A stretch of 53,257 nt of DNA from Clostridia bacterium. GTDB taxonomy: Bacteria; Bacillota; Clostridia; Christensenellales; UBA1242. Position numbers and translations under genes: made by a program. The stretch is taken from assembly GCA_017523305.1 (NCBI GenBank), contig JAFWWV010000114.1, forward strand, positions 1-53,257, in the 5' to 3' direction. Under the pieces are notes generated by a model that made no database searches, had not been told where the DNA came from, and saw only the letters and a program-made list of their open reading frames with translations. Below are positions 6,603 to 21,600 of this stretch, in pieces. Numbering within the stretch: position 1 is the first letter of the stretch; every line of letters begins with the position of its first letter.

Positions 6603-9600
6603 ATGAAAAAAGTATTTTTATTTTTATCTATCTTAATGTTCGCTTTCACAGGCGTATTTTTTGCTTGTAGCGAAGATAGATACGCTGATTTAAAAATCAG
6701 TGTTAATTCTGTTGCCTCAACATCGGCAAACAAAAAAGTTACTTACAACAAAGCAGGTAAGTACTACGAAGTTCTGTACGATGATGAGTTTGTTATCAAT
6801 GCGAGTGTAACTTGCTCAAATGATATTAGTACATCACTTGAGTTTACATCAATCAATGATGAGTCAGTTCACAAGGTTGGTTCAACAAATACTCAAAATG
6901 GTACAAAGGCAACTTTTAAAGCTGTAGCTCCATCTTATGATGAGTTTTTCAGAATTAAGATTGAGTCTGTTGAAACAAACAGAAAGGCAGTTAATATTTA
7001 CATTAAAGTTGTGCTGCCAGTTGACGAAATCAATTTGACAGATAACCTTGGTGTTACATTTGGTAACCCGGTTGATCTTAATAGTCAAGAGGCTTTAACT
7101 TATGTATCTGTTGACCCTTCAGCACCATACGAAACAAACGAAAAGGGTGTTGACTTTGCTTTAACAACTTATACAGATTTAAACTCTAATACATATACTT
7201 TATTCACTAAAGAAAATGACCCAGACTCTTATTACTTTAAAAATGGTGAAGAAAAAGAAATTAAAGCTTTCTCTTTAACAGATGATATTTTAGTAGTTTT
7301 AGATGAAACTGTAGAAGGTAGCGTAAAAGTTTCTGGTAAATCAATTATGTTTGATGAAGACATTGCTTCAATCGAAATTGATACTGCTACTGAAGAAGAA
7401 AAAGAATTAATTGAAGATAACGATAAGTTAAAAGATGAAACAGATGTTTCAATTGTTAAACCTGTTGCTTTAGATGATATTTCTTTTATAGGTGGACAAG
7501 TTGTATTTAAAGACTACAATTCAGATAGTGTTAAAGATGCAAAATTAACAGCTTCATTATATTTAAATTCACTTGATACATATAAAGTAGGAGAAGTAAA
7601 TCACTACTATAATTATGAAAATATTCACTTTGCAGTAAACACAAAAGCAAGAATTCAAATCGCTGCTACAACAGGTTCAATTACTGTTGATGGAAAGAAA
7701 GTTGAAAGTGATATCAATGTTTTAAAACTTCCAGAGCCAGAAAGCTTGCTTTTAAGCCAAATTGTAGATAATGATACTGGAGAAGTAGTTGGTTACGAAA
7801 CAGATATTAAATTATCAGCAAATGGTGGTTCAGGCTTTGCTTATGTAGACTTTGTTGTTCAATATAAAGATTTTGCTAATAAACTAGAATATAGCTTTGC
7901 AGATCTTTACAACAAATATCTTGCATCATTAGATGCTGACGAACTTGCTTTACTTGATGATAATGCAAAAACACAAAAATTAGTTTTTGAAGCAACTGCA
8001 TTACCTTCAAACATTTCATTAACACAAGACGATAAAAATATCGATAATGTAGAAACTATTAAAATTTATGATGCATATAGCAATTCAAATGGTTTTTCTG
8101 CTTACGGTACAAAAATTAATGTTAACTTAACTCTTTCATCAGGAACAATGAGTTCAAAAATTAAAGATGAAAATAAAGGCGTAAGAGTTTTTGTTTCAGA
8201 CGCAGCAATGTCTGGTCTTGATGTAAGAAATTATTTTGATATTTATGACAGTTTATATAATAGAATTATTTTACAAACTGCTGAAATAGAAGAAACTGTT
8301 GTTTACTTCTTTAACCTTGATTTAACAAAGAGTAATGATAGTTATTTCTATGTAAAAGCTTCTAAAGATAATTTAGCTACTGATGCTAACTTTACTTTTA
8401 GTTTTGAAAATATTTTAAAATCAAGCATAAAAACTTATACAAACGAAGTTATTGAAGCTAATAGCGAATTTACAACTCTTAAAAATTTAACAACTTCATT
8501 TACAGCTAAAACTGTTAAAGGTGTTGAAGATATCTTAGTTTTATCAAAAGTTGTAACAGCTGAAGATAATTTCTATGCTTTAGATAATGTTAATGTTGAT
8601 ACAGAATCACAATACAACAAATTAGTTTTGAGAATTGCTGAAGGTGAACAAGTTACAGATAACTTAGGTTCAGTTATTGCATTTATGACAAACTTATTTG
8701 TTGCAGATAATATTAATATTTCTTATGACGAAACAGTTTTAAAATTATTCACATTAAATAACGACGACTTTATAGCTTCATTTGATGGTTCTTACAATGA
8801 TGATGTATTAGAATTTAAAGGTGTTTTAAGTGTTGTTGGTATTAAAATTTGTGAAGAAACAAGAATTGTTTTTACAGCTGAAAACGGATACGAAGTTGTA
8901 GTTCTTGTTGAAGTTGTAGAATCATATCAAGGTGTTTCAATTGATGTTAACCAAAGTTATGGTAAAAACATTATTGCTGAAAACTTTATTAATGCTTACA
9001 ATAATCCAAAATCTTATGATGTAAGTGCTAAAGTTAATGGAACATTTAACATTGTTTATAATGTAAATCCAAATGCTTCAGCAATTTCAGGTGTTAACTA
9101 TATTTCAAGTCAACAAGGTATTGTTGAAATTAACCCAGATAATGGTATGGTAAGCACTATTTCAAAAGGTGATACAATCATTACAATTGAATTTAACTAC
9201 TACAAATTTGAAGAAGTTAATGGTTATTATCAATGGGTTAATGGGGTAGAAACAAAATCATTTAAACTTAAAGTTTTTGTTCCTGCAACATCAATTAAAC
9301 TTGATAAGAGAATTGTAAATGTTTATTCATACGAATCACTTGGTTATGAATACCGTGATCAATCATTAGTAGAACTTAATGTTTTAATTTATCCAGAAAG
9401 TGCTACTATAGCAAATAGTGAAGAAAATGTTTCATTTGTATTATCAAATAACAATGAAAATTTAATCGGTAACAAAGGTATATACACAGCTTTCTTAAAT
9501 AAAAACGAAACAAAAGCAGTTGTTTATATTGTTGTTAGGGTAGAAGAATTTGGTACTATTGCTACTTTAACTTGTACAGTAAATATTTATAAAGCTCCAC

Positions 9601-12600
9601 AAGTTGAAGAAATTAAAGTTAGTGCTTTTGAAGGTTCAAATCCTGTAAAAATTGATATTTCAACTCCAGACGAAGACGGACATGATGTTTATTATGTTTC
9701 AACTCAAAATGATAGAAAATTAACATTTAACACATCAATTATTCCTGGCGAAAGAGAAGTTTTAGTTGATGACTTAGTTGTTGTTGTATTTAAAGCTGAT
9801 CAAGATTCAAAAGAAATGCTTGATGTAGATAAAGATAGAAATTATGCTAGCGTTTCATACGGAAACAATAAAGATTATACAGTAATTACAAATGGTCAAG
9901 ATTCTTTCTATCTTGAAACAGGTACTTACTATAGTGGTTACTTCTATTTAGTTGTTTTCTCAAGAGATAGTTTAACTTCTGAAACAGAAGGTACAAGATT
10001 TGTTAAAATTCTTATTCAAATTACAGATGGTACACAACAAAATCCTTATGTAGTAAGAAGTGCTGAAGAATTAATTGCAATTGGTGGCGCACCTACAAAA
10101 CACTATGTTTTAGGTAACGACATCAACTTAAGTTCAATTTCAAATTGGACTCCAATCAAAAACTTTGCTGGTTCATTAAATGGTTACAATATTAATATTG
10201 CTGATAGAAAAAATCCTGATAAAGGCACATATTTTAAAGTAACTGGTTTAAAAATTAATACAGTAAAAAGCGCTAATGTTGGTTTGTTTGAAAAAATTGC
10301 AAACACTAACGATAAAATTGGTGCTGTTATGAACTTAAAATTAGGTGTTTCTTCAATCAATTTAACAAACTATACAGTTTCAAATGCAATTGCTGAAGAT
10401 ACAATTAATATTGGTTCTATTGCAGGTCTTAATGATGGTGTTATTGTTAATTGCTCTGTAGAAATTAATACTTTTAGAGTTTCATTAACAAACAAAAACG
10501 CAAACGTTGGTGGTATGGTTGGTGCTAATGGTACTGGTGTTGGCTGCTTAGCTGGTGGTATTATTAACTTTAGTAACAATGCTACAAACGCTTCTGATTC
10601 ATTTAATTTAGATATTTCAGATGAAGATAACATTACAAAACAAGCTGATATTACACCTACTTCTCAAGTAGAAATGATTTCTGCTAACCCTGTAAATGGT
10701 GTAATTATTGTTTCAGATAAAAAGACTATTGAAGGTGAACCTGCTCAAATTGGTCAATATGTATTTGTTGGTGGTATGGTAGGTTACAACAATGGTGGAT
10801 TTATAAATGGTATTTATGGTATTTACAACTTAGCTAATGAAAAATCTAACTTTGTTGGTAATGCTTCTTCAGTAAGTTATTTAACAAATTATCAAAGCCA
10901 AGGTATTGATGTTAAAATTAATATTAACTATGGCGCTTATGCAGATATTGGTTTAATTGAAAACGAAGATTCAGCTATCGGTGGTGTAGTTGGTACAATG
11001 GATTCTGGTTCAATTAACAATATTAGTGTTGAAGGTCATATCGGTATGATTGACAATATGGCAACACGTAATGTTAAAGGTGCTTATAACAACGTTGGTG
11101 GTGTAGTTGGTAAAACAAGAAAAGTTTCTACTGACGACTACAACAAAAAAATTAATACTGTTTCTGCAAACGTTCAATTAAGAGCTAACGATAAAGTTGG
11201 TGGTATTGCAGGTTCAACAGAATTAACAAATATTTCTAAAGCTAGAGTAGAATCATACGAACAAACTTCTGGCAATACACAAACATTAATTATTGCAAAT
11301 AATCATATTGGTGGTGTGGTTGGTAGTGCATGTAGTACAAATATTACATATGCTTACAGTTATAGTTTCGTAAACGACTTTAACACTGATTATATGTCTT
11401 ATGGAGATATTTATTCTTTCGTTGATGAATCAATACTTGGTGGTTTAGTTGGTTCTGTTTCAAAAGACGAAGATGCTGCTGTTACAACAATCAAACAATC
11501 ATATTCAACATTTAATGTTATTGCTAGTGGTGAAAATTGCTTGGTAGCTGGCTTAGTTGGTAATGCAGAATTAAATTCTTACCCAATTTTAGAAGAAGTT
11601 TTCTATATCGGTGTATTATTTAATGCTACAGAAGGTGAAGAAGATTCAACAGCTAAAACAACATTTGCTTATAACGTAAAAGACGATCCATCTTTTGTTA
11701 CAGGCGCAGTTAATGGTTATAACTTCTATTACATTTTACAATATGCAGATAGTACTGATATCGAAAATGGTACAAATCTTGATTGCTTAATTATTGCAAA
11801 AGACGAATCATTTGTTAAAAAATGCTATGCAGGTGATGAATCATTATTAACATCAAGTATTTCAACAGAAAAAGTTTTAAAAGTTGAAATTTATGATGAT
11901 GAATCAGGTTCATACGAAAAAACAGAACTTGCTCTTAGAGTTCCTGCTTACGGTGTTACAATTGATGGTAATCCTTATGTTTGCAACTTTATTCGTTATA
12001 TACCTTCTTCAATTGAAGTTGATGTTGATGGCGATCCTGTTGCTATAGTAGGTGGTAACTTATCAATTAACTTTGGTGATAGCGATAAATACTACAGTTA
12101 TGTTGATACAAACGGCGATAAATACTTAATTATTAATTACGCTGTTTTAAATAACACATTTGATTTAGGTGAAATTTTTGAAATTACACCAAATCCAGTT
12201 ATTAGTGGTAACTTAAATATTTTAGTTTCATCTTCAGATAGTAAAAACTTAGTAATTACTGATGTTGGTGAACTTGTTGTAAATAAAGTAGGTTATTACG
12301 AATTAACATTTAGAGTAAAAGAAAATGTTAACGCAACAGCAGTTGTTAAAGTTTTAGTTTTAAAGAATTTTGATGAATTATTATTATCAAATACTCCAAC
12401 ATTTAAAACTTCATTATTTGATAACAATTCTTCAAATCCATATGATTTAAGAGTTAAAAATCAAATTAATACATTTAACATTTTTGCAGAATATGTTTTA
12501 GATGCTCAAGGTCAAGTTACATACGGTACAGTAGCTGATGCTTATGAAACAAAATATTTAACACAAATTACAAATACAAATAATTACTCACTTGAATATA

Positions 12601-15600
12601 TTGTAGAATATAAAGAAACAGCTTCATTTATTCTTGCAACAGCAGACCAATATGTTGAAGAAAATGGTTCAATTAAATTCTTGGTTACTGGCGAATATAG
12701 AATAACAATTAAAGTTGTTTTCAAAATGAATTCATTTGATTTTGAAATTAATAATAGTGAATGGGTTGTATACTTCAATATTTTTGATGGTGCAACAAAC
12801 ATTAACTTCAATACAGATGAAATTTGGTTACAAGGTCAAGAAATTTATGACAAATTACAACTTACATTAAACTCAGACGTAGGCGACTACGAAAGCTTAA
12901 GTTTAGTTGTAGATGATAGTTTAAGACAATTAGAATACAAATATATTTATGACGCTGAAAACAACGTTATGGGTGAAAAACCTGAAATATATGACTATTC
13001 AACAGGTGAAAAAGTTATTGTTGTTGAAGAAATTGACTATCCATTTAATATTTCTGTTCAAGAAACTTCAGCACAAAACGACATTTATTACTATACAGTT
13101 ATTGTTTCAATTAGAGATAACTTTAAAGCTGTTTCTCAACCAGAAAGATATACACTTTATGCTTATGATGGTAGACAAGCTTTAATTAATACTCCAGCAG
13201 ATGTTGAAATTGTTATTGCTCCACAAAGTTTGAAGGGTGTAAGTGGTATTCACTATGCATACACACAACAAGTTTCAAAATTAACTAATGTGGGTAATAC
13301 TGAAGCTGATTCTTCAGAAGGAAATGGTGCACAAGGCGATTACTTTAAAAACTATTCATATAGTTTTACAAACGAACCTAAAAACACAATTATTGCTGGT
13401 AACGAAGGTTTATTTGTAATTGATTTATATCCTTTCTATGCAAATATTACTTCTGTTTCAATTGATTCAAATATCGGTAAAGATAGTGGTAATGCTTTAC
13501 AATTTGTTCAACTTGTTAAAATTAAAGGTAACGCAGGAAATTATTATATTTATGCTCCTTTAACACAAAGCACAAATAATAATGGTATTTTCTTAAATCT
13601 TTACTCATTTGTTCCTGAAGATGTTGCTACAATTAACTATACTTCAGAATCATCTTCAGAAATTATTTATAAAAATGCAGATAAAAAATTAACATATAAG
13701 TTCTTTGAAGCTGATGCTTCTACATCATCAGAAACTGCAAGACTTTATGTAAAAACTATTGCTCCTACAAACTTAAAAGATGAAGAACAATTTGTTGTTA
13801 CAGTTACTGTAAAATACAATGTTGTTAACGAATCTGGTGTTTTAGAGGAAAGATCTTATCAATATGAACATAACCTTGTTGTTGAATCTGTTCCAGGTTT
13901 TGCAATGAAAGTTGCTCACGATGGTATCGATAGAGATATTATCGCTTACACAGGAACTGGTACAGCAAAAGCTACAACAGCTGACTGGTTAGAAATTATT
14001 CCTATTGTTGAAGAAGGTTATACATACGATTCAATTACACCTACATTAGTAAGGGGAGATAAAACTTTTGGTTCTTCTGAATATGTTGAACTTAGACCAA
14101 ACAATATTTTAATCTTAGGTAAAGAAGCTAGAGCAGGGGATAAAATTATAATTTCTGCTGTAGTAAAAATTGATTACGAAGGTTATACAGAGTCAAGAGT
14201 TTATACAAAAACTATTAATGTTGTTGATGTTGTAATTTCAAGTATTACTGTTAAAGATTTAGATCCAAACAATGATTTAAAAATTACAGTTTCTACTTCA
14301 AGACAACTTAGAGCAGAAATTATTGGTTTTGGTTTAGAAGAAGCTATTGAAGATGCTGAACTTAGAATTTCAAGAAGTGTAACATTAAGTACAAATACAA
14401 ATTACTATTGGCAAGCTAAATCAAATAAGAGTGGCGAACAATATGTAAACTTAGAATCAGTTTCATTAAGAAATTACTTACCATTTGTTGTAAACAAAAT
14501 TGCAATTTCTAATGAAGAAAGTGAAGTTACTATAAATTCAGAATTTATTGGTGCAGCTCAAAGTGTAAACACACAAACATTTAAATCACTTTCAAAAGTA
14601 ATGGTTCTTGAAGGTTCAACTGATGCTGGTACAGTAGAAATGAGATTAGCTTTATCTTATGTATACGAACCAGTAGAAGGTAAGATTGTTTTTGTTCCAA
14701 ATACATTTGATACTTTCTATACAGCTGAAAAATATTTCAATGTTGTTGTTACAGAAGATTCAAACGAAGATAATCCAACACCTATTTATGATGAAGAAGA
14801 TTTAAAGACAATGGCTGCTGCTTCAACTGGTAGTTTCATCTTAATGAATGATATTACTATTGATAACCATACAGCTTTAAAAGCAAACTTCTCTTCATTT
14901 GATGGAAATAATAAGGTTATTACTATTAATAACTTTACTTATAGTACAGATATTATTTCATCAACAGGTAATCACTCAATTAACTTAGGTTTATTTGATA
15001 CTGTTTCAGCAGATACAGTTATTAAAAACGTTATTGTTGCTTACCCTGCAGATAAAACTTCTGCTATGAACCTAAAGGGTTATTCAGAAATTAACTTTGG
15101 TGGTATTGCAGCTATTAACAATGGTGTTATTACAAACTGTGATGTTATTAGCACTGTTTATAGAGATAATGTTAACTTAGGTAATTATACTGATGTTAGT
15201 TACACATTAAATATTCAAACTGCTACTTCAATTTCAGGTAATGAAGTTGTTGCAAATATTGGTGGTTTGGTTGCTGTAAATAGTTCAACAGGTTTTGTTA
15301 CAAACTCTAGGGTTGGTAGAGACGAAGTTGATATTCTTTATGTATACGATAGTGAAGCTACTGTTGTTTATAAAGATAAATATAAACATACAGCACCTGT
15401 AACTGTATTTAAAGTTTATGGTAGAGCAAATGTTGGTGGCTTTGTTGCTGATAACCAAGGTACAATTTCTACAAGTTTTGCAAAGAATATGCAATTAGAA
15501 ATTATTAGTGAAAGCCCAACATCATTTGTAAAAACAGGTGGTTTTGTTGTTAATAATACAGGCTTTATTTATGGTTCATATGCTGCTGGTTGGGAAGAAG

Positions 15601-18600
15601 AAAATGGTAATATTGAAGATTACACAGAATTCGTTTCAACTAACAGAAAATTAGGCGGTGGTATTTATAGTAATGGTTTTGTTGGTGGTTTTGTTTTCAA
15701 CAACGAATCATACATTGAAGATTGTTACTCAAATATCAACGTAAGTGGTGATTTAATTTTCGCTGCTAAAACAGATTATATTAAATATTTAATGAATCCT
15801 GATGGCGCATCTCTTGTTACAGAATGGCCTTCACCAGCTGTTGGTGGATTTGTTTATAAAACTGCAACAGATAGTTATATAACAACATCATATTCATTAA
15901 GTAAAATTTACTCAGGCAAACTTAATACTCACGGGGCTTTTGAAGGTAGAGATACTTCACCAGACCCTAACTTCACAAATACAGGTACAATTGAAAACTG
16001 TTACTTCATGCAAGAAAAAACAGAAGATTTTGATTACGATCATGAAAGAGCAAGAATGCTTTCTGATGATCCAGTAATTAATCTTGAAGGTCAAGAAGAT
16101 GTAGCAGGTACAAACGAATTTGTTGAAAAGAAAAGCTTTAATAACTTTAGTTTTGATAACTCAATAACAAATTTCTATTATTATGACGGCGAAAGCACTG
16201 GTGGTGTTTGGGCTATTTATCAACAAGTAGGTAGCACAAATGGTTATCCAGAACTTATTAGTGCTAACACTATTGCAATGTCATGTAGAGTTATTAATGT
16301 TACAAAAACTAATAATTCAGAAACTAATACATATTACTATACATATGTAGATGGTTATGATATCGGTTCTTATTTAAACCCACACTTAGTTGCTAACTTT
16401 GAACAATATAACAACATCTTTAAAGATGCTATTGGTCAAGAAAGTTTCAATGAAAACATTACAACTAAATTTACAGGTAATATAAGACTTATTAAAAATA
16501 TTAACTTCTCAAACTCAGAAGAAGTTTACTCAACATCAGTAGAATACACATCATTAATTAACTTAACTTCAATTTTTGATGGTAACTACCTTGCAATGTA
16601 CAACATTAAATTGTCAGATACTTCAAGTGGTAAGAGTTCTTTCGGTTTATTCAAAGATATTTACTATGCTGCAGTTAAAAATGTAACATTGTCAGTTACA
16701 AGTGTTAACGCTGGTAATACAACAACTGTTGGTGCTTTAGCTGGTGCAATTGTTAATAGTAACGTTTCTAACATTACTTTAGTTGCTTCATCTGATGCTG
16801 GTGGTATTGTTACTGGTAATAACTATGTTGGTGGTTTAGCTGGTATTGTTATTTCAAGTGATACAGATAGACTTAATACAATTTCTGATATTCAATCTAA
16901 CTTATCAGTCGTTGGTAGTATTTCTTCAAGTAGTCAAGCTGTTTCAGCCGTTACTACTTCAAATATGATTTGGGAAAAAATTAAACCAACTTCAAGTTCA
17001 AGTGGTTTAAGTGAAGTTAATAACAACTTAAGATTACACCGTTTACCTTCAAATGTTTACTATGGTGGTGGTGTAGTAGGTCTTGCTGATTTAACACAAA
17101 TTATTGACGTTATTGGTAATAGCGATATTGAAGAACCTAACCTTTATAATATTCACGTAGGTGAGTTTATACCAAACACAATCTTGGCTGATGATAGCGT
17201 TGACTATGATCAACCTGTAAGTATAATTTCTGATTATGCTGGTGGTTTATTTGGTTTTGTAGGTTCACAAACTTATGTAGAATGTGCAGAGTTTATTGCT
17301 ACAACTGAAAACGAAGAACACTTTATTAGTGCTAACGAAGTTGCTGGTGGTATTGCTGCTATTAACTTTGGTAAAATTAGTCAAACATATGTTTCATTTA
17401 ATAAAGATGTAATTACAACTTTAGAAGAAGATATGTTTAAATATGTAAGTGGTGATGTTTCAGTTGATGTAAATGTTAACAGTACATTATTTGATAGTGG
17501 TACACCTAACTATATCGGTGGTATTGTTGGTGTTAACGCTGGTGACGGACGTAGTTATGGCTCTGGCTTTATTATTGATAGTTATAACCGTGTTGATGTA
17601 AGAAATAGTTATGCTAAAGGTGTTGGTGGTATTGTTGGTGGTACATATATTGGTGAGCTTACTAACGTTTATACAACAGCAAGCTTATTAGGTAACTTAA
17701 CAAGTCCAGACACAAAGATTGGTGGAATTATTGGTAAAATTTTTGAATCTGCCGAAGAAGGATATTTTGCAGATTATGCAGAAACAAATTCAGATTACAG
17801 TTCAATTGCTTTATCAAATATAGTTTCAGCAAACCTTTGGGATACTGAAGACTTTGATGCTTTATATGAATATGTAAATTCAGGGGCTGGTTATGTTGGT
17901 GCTTTATACGGCAAGTTTGAAAATAAAGCAGATGCAACAGGCAAAACATTGGTAAAAGAAAATGGTGGAATTTTTGTTGAGAACTATGTTTTAAGAGATT
18001 TCTCAGACCCAGACATTTCAACTATTGGTACAGATGATAAATTTAACCCTGCTGCAAAAGACGCACAAGGTAACGATTTATTAGAAGTTGGAAGTTATTT
18101 CGAATTATGGGGCGTTCAAGACGAAAACACTTATAATTACGATAGTTACTTATATTCATTCCTTTGCGATGGGGAAGCAAACGAAAGTATAATCGCTCCA
18201 AATGATTTCAGAGCATTATTCTCAGGAACAGATTATGGTGTTTCAACATTAAGAGATGTTTATTTTGCTGAATCAAAATGGTCTAGAACAATTTGGAATT
18301 ATAATGATGATATTTTATTACCAATTCTTGATTATGGTTATGAATCATCAGTTATTAGAATCTTTACTGCAAATCAATTTATTAACACTTTAAAAGAAGG
18401 TAACTCTTCAGGTAAACTTTATGTTATTATGAACGACCTTGACTTTAAAGGAGTTGATATTACACCTATTACAACAACCTTTAGGGGTCAATTGTATGGT
18501 AACAATATTACATATAAGATTGGTGAAAAAACTTACCAAAGAAAACCTATCTTATTCAATATTGAATGTAAACAAACAAATATGACTTCAGGTGTTTTTG

Positions 18601-21600
18601 CAATTTTACAAAATAGTACAGGCGCTACATTCTCTAACTTTAATATGGTCTTATCTGAATATGATGTTACTTTCAGTGATATCTTAGATAGCGAAACAAT
18701 CGCTTCTGTTTTACTTGGAAGTGCAACAAATACTTCAATAAGCAATGTTAATATTTACTCTTCATTAAAAGATGAAGTAAGCAAAGAAAGTATGCTTGAC
18801 TATAAATTTGCTAATACAGTTGAAGCTAAAAAATCTTTCACAGTTACTCAAGGTTATTATATTGATGATACTAATAAGGAAATTGGAAGTTATAGTCCAG
18901 TTGGTTACTTAAAATTAGCAACATTAAGAAGAAATGATAAATCAAGTACTGATGATAAGAGCTATAGCTATAACTATATCTTTACAGCAAATGTTACTAG
19001 CGATACAACATTTGAATTTAAAGGTAAGTTTGATGCTATTGACAACTCTTCAGTTGATTTAACTGAAGATGAACAAAAGGATTATCAAGAATCATTTGAT
19101 AATGCTGATCCTGCAAATAATATTTCATATACAACATATCCAATTTCAGTAACACATAATTGTGTAGCAAAAACAAATGCTTCAACAGTTGGTTTGTTTG
19201 TTGGTGTTGGTTCATTATCATACATCTCAAGTTCAAACGTTAGTGTTGATATTAATGTTAACTATACAAGAAAACCTTCAACTGCTAATGGTATTAAATA
19301 TGTTGGTGCTGTTGCTGGTAGAAATATTGGTGAAATTAGATATGTAGTTTCAAATTCAAGTATTTCAGTAACAAGTGGTATTACTTTAAACGATTATGAT
19401 ATTGAAGAATTATACTTCGGTGGTATCGTTGGTAATATTCAAGGTGTATTAAGATTCTTGTATGTAAGAAACAACGATTTAACAGTTGGTACTGCTGCTA
19501 GACCTATCGTTGCAAGAACAGGTTCTGCTGGAACATTTATGGGTAGTATCGTTGGTGCTGTAGATAGATACACAACTGTAAACGAAGCTATTGTTGGTGG
19601 TGCAAACTTCTTGTACATTACTAACACTGGTATAACAGCTTATCTTAGAGGTTTATCAAATATTGCTGGTGTAATTGGTCAAAACAGCTTTACTGTAGGT
19701 GATATTTATTACAAACAAAATATTGATGGATCTACTCAAGAAGCTAAAAAAGCAATTAATGTTAATGTTGATGATGAAAGTAGCTCTATTACTATTGGTG
19801 GTATTATTGCTACAAATAAATCAACTTACGTAACAAATGCTTATAACAATACTTCAATTTATGTTAACTTAGGCAAATATACAAAACTTGTTGTTGGTGG
19901 TATTATCGCTCAAACCGATAATAACGATTGCGAATTAACTAATGTTGTAAACGACGCAAAAGAAATTAAAGTAACAAGAACAGCTGGTTCTACTATGCTT
20001 GGTACAGTTTTCATCGGTGGTATTCTTGCTGATGCAACTGCTGTTGGTGCAACTGTTAACTTGAAAAATATTTTCTCTTCAACAAACATTATTTGTAGCC
20101 AAGAACAAGTAATGAGTATTGGTGGTGCTGTTGCTAAATGTCCAAATCTTTACGTTTATAACGTAATTGTAATTGGTAACATTTCTCTTGGAAGAGGTAA
20201 GGGTGATGGTATTAATGTTAATACTGGATCTTCAAAAGTTTCTTCATTATTCTATGCAGAGCCTCATAATATTGGTGGTCTTGTTGGTGAATGTTCCACA
20301 AGTTATACACAAGATATTGACTCTGTAGGTACAATTGTTTTAAGTTCAATTAGAGACTATGCTTTAGCTCAAAAATTACAACTTAGCATGGGTCCTGTTG
20401 TTGGAACAAATAACAGAATGATTGCAAACGAAACAAATACTTACTTCTGTGAACCAATAGCTCTTGTTCCAGATAATGGATATAACGCATACTTCAAGAG
20501 TATCGACCAAACAAAATTAGTTGGTAACGCAACTCGTGAATATGAAAAAATCTATAAAGGAATATTCAAAAATTCATTTAGTTTAGATACTTCAACAGAT
20601 ATTTATTCTAACTACTACAAAAATTACAAAAATAAAGGTACAGATAGTTATAAGTCAGGAACAAAATTAAGTCCTACTGCTTTAACAACTTCAACAACAA
20701 TTGAAGCAAATAAATACTATGTATTAACAAGCAATTATTCTGGATCTTTATCAACAACTGCTAAAGGTTGGGTTCTTAATGGTCAAGGCAAAGCTATTAA
20801 TGCTTCAAGCTATGTAATTAATGAAATCCCAGAAGATGCAGCTATTGTTGGTGTAATGATTAAAGTTAATAATACTTCTGGTAAAGTATTTGCAACAACA
20901 AATAATGGTTTCTTATTTGCTTGTGGTAGTTCTGGTTTAGTTTCAGCATCTACTTCAGCTGGTTTAGTTCTTAATAACTATGGTGTAATTAATACTTGCT
21001 TCAGTATCGCAAACATTAAAGCAAACGGTGCTGCTTCAGGTTTAGTTAACATTAATGGTAACGCCGATAAAGTAGGAAACATTTATAGTTGTTACTATTC
21101 AGGAACAATTACTCCTACACATGCAAACGCAAACATTGCTGGTTTAGTAGGTGATACTCAATTTGGTATAGTTTCAAATTGTTATACAATTGGTGACCTT
21201 GATATTACTGGTGTTAAACCAAAAAATACATATCCAATTGCAAATACAAATAACAAATACAACTTATATAATACTTACTACGATTACATTGCTTATGCTG
21301 GATTAAAGCAAAATGCAGATGGTAAGAGTGGTGAAGGTATTAGTGCTACTCAAGCAAGAAATATTGAAATTTGCAGACCAATTGTTGGTACAAGTCCAGT
21401 AGCATACACAAATATTGCTAGACTTGGTGCTGATGGTAAAGACAAATACGGTTTAATTACCGATAAAGGTGTTTATGTATGGTCTTCAACTCTTGCAGGT
21501 GATGAAAACGGCTTAAATTATACAAAATTAAGCGATACCTTAAAGGGTAGTTGGTTAAAACCTGGTGACGAACAACAAATTTCTGCTTTATTTGCTAAGT

